From positions 71,984,001 to 72,048,000 of the forward strand of contig NC_086097.1 in NCBI RefSeq assembly GCF_963921235.1: a stretch of DNA of 64,000 nt, written 5' to 3'. This DNA is from Mobula hypostoma. Lineage: Eukaryota. The position numbers and the translations under genes are program-made. The notes below the pieces were generated by a model, which was not told where the DNA came from, did no database searches, and worked only from the letters and a program-made list of their open reading frames with translations. Shown here piece by piece: positions 62,775-64,000 of the stretch (position 1 is the stretch's first letter; each line of letters starts with the position of its first letter).

Positions 62775-64000
62775 AAGTACAGAACAGAAACTAACCTTCG
62801 ACCCATCTAGTCCATGCCATACTCATTTAGACTGCCTACCCCCATCAACTTGCCTATCTCTCCGTACCCCGACTATCCATCTACCTACCCAAGCTTCTCA
62901 TAAACTTTGGAATTGAGCTTGCATGCACAACTTGTGCTGACAGCTCATTCCACACTCTAATGACCCTCTGAGTGAAGAAGTTTCCCCTTATGTTTCCTTT
63001 ATACGTCTCACCTTTCATCCTTAACCCATGACCTCTAGTTGTAGTCCCATCCAACCTCAGTAGTAAAAGCCCGCTTATACTTACCTCTCATGACTGGGTA
63101 TATTTCTATCAAATCTCCTCTCAATCTTTTACATATATACGGTCCTAACTTATTCAATCTTTCCTTATAACTCGGGTCTCCAGACCCAGCAACATCCTTG
63201 TAAATGTTCTCTGTACTCTTTCAACCTTGTTTACATCTTTCCTTGTAGATACGTGACCAAAACTGCATACAGTACTCCTAATTAGGCCTCAGCAATATCT
63301 TATAGAACTCCAACATAACATCCCATCTCATGTACTCATTTGATTTATGAAGGCCAATGTGCCAAAAGTTTTATTTAGGACCCTATCAACCTGTGATGCC
63401 CCTTTCAATGAATTATGAACCTGTATTCCCAGATCCTTAGTTCTGCCCTACCGTTCACTGTGTAAGTCCTACCCTGGTTGATCTTACCAAAGTGCAAATC
63501 CTTGCACTTGTCTGCATTAAATTCCATCTGCCATTTTTTCAGCTGATGGAAATTTGTCTGCAAGCCATGATAGCATTTCTCACTGTCAACTACACCCCCA
63601 ATCTTGGTGTCATCCGCAAATTTGTTGATCCAGTTAACCACGTTATCATTCAGATCATTGATGTGGATGACAAACAACAAAAGATCCAGCTCTGATCCCT
63701 GTGCCACACCACTAGTCGCAGGCCTCCAGTCAGAAAGGCAATCCTCTACTACCACTCTCTGGCTTCTCCCACAAAGCCAACGTCTAACTCCATTCACAAC
63801 CTCATCCTGAATGCCAGGTGAATGAACCTTCTTGATCAGCATTCCATTCAGGATCTTGTCAAATATCTTACTAAAGTCCATGTAAACAACATCCACTGCC
63901 TTGTCTTCATCCACTTTCCTTGTAACTTCCTCTAAAAACTCTGTAAGATTAGTTAGACTTGATCTACCTCAGACAAAGCTATGCTGACTATCATTAATCA
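62775..64000 (-). mobile_element. CR1 LINE RT and 3' end, running off the window
   Basis: VDVVYMDFSKIFDKI, SGVAQGSEL, KFADDTKIGGVV, WQMEFNADKC (63405-63914). Confidence 0.93.

Overview
Eukaryotic, AT-rich, repeat-dense vertebrate DNA with no host protein-coding gene that I can recognise. The repeat mix (abundant CR1 LINEs, Penelope-like elements, Rex1/Babar and L1 LINEs, V-SINE/HE1-like and CORE-like SINEs, Gypsy LTR elements, hAT and Tc1 DNA transposons) suggests a cartilaginous fish, probably a ray; this is an inference. Nearly every ORF with a recognisable motif is a transposon relic. The most interesting structure is a set of Penelope-like insertions. They carry a minimal hammerhead-ribozyme motif, repeatedly form fold-back (hairpin) insertions, including one perfect 94+94 bp palindrome centred on the ribozyme, and leave 13-14 bp target-site duplications (TSDs). 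Other notable items are a 1.06 kb TRIM-like mini LTR element, a non-coding retroposon headed by a YY1 motif, a 260 bp flank-templated insertion inside a Gypsy element, several nested insertion stacks, a strong minus-strand bias of CR1 copies and a dense transcription-factor motif cluster at the window start. I cannot show that any of these is a previously undescribed system. Boundaries not anchored by a TSD or terminal inverted repeat (TIR) are approximate, read by eye.
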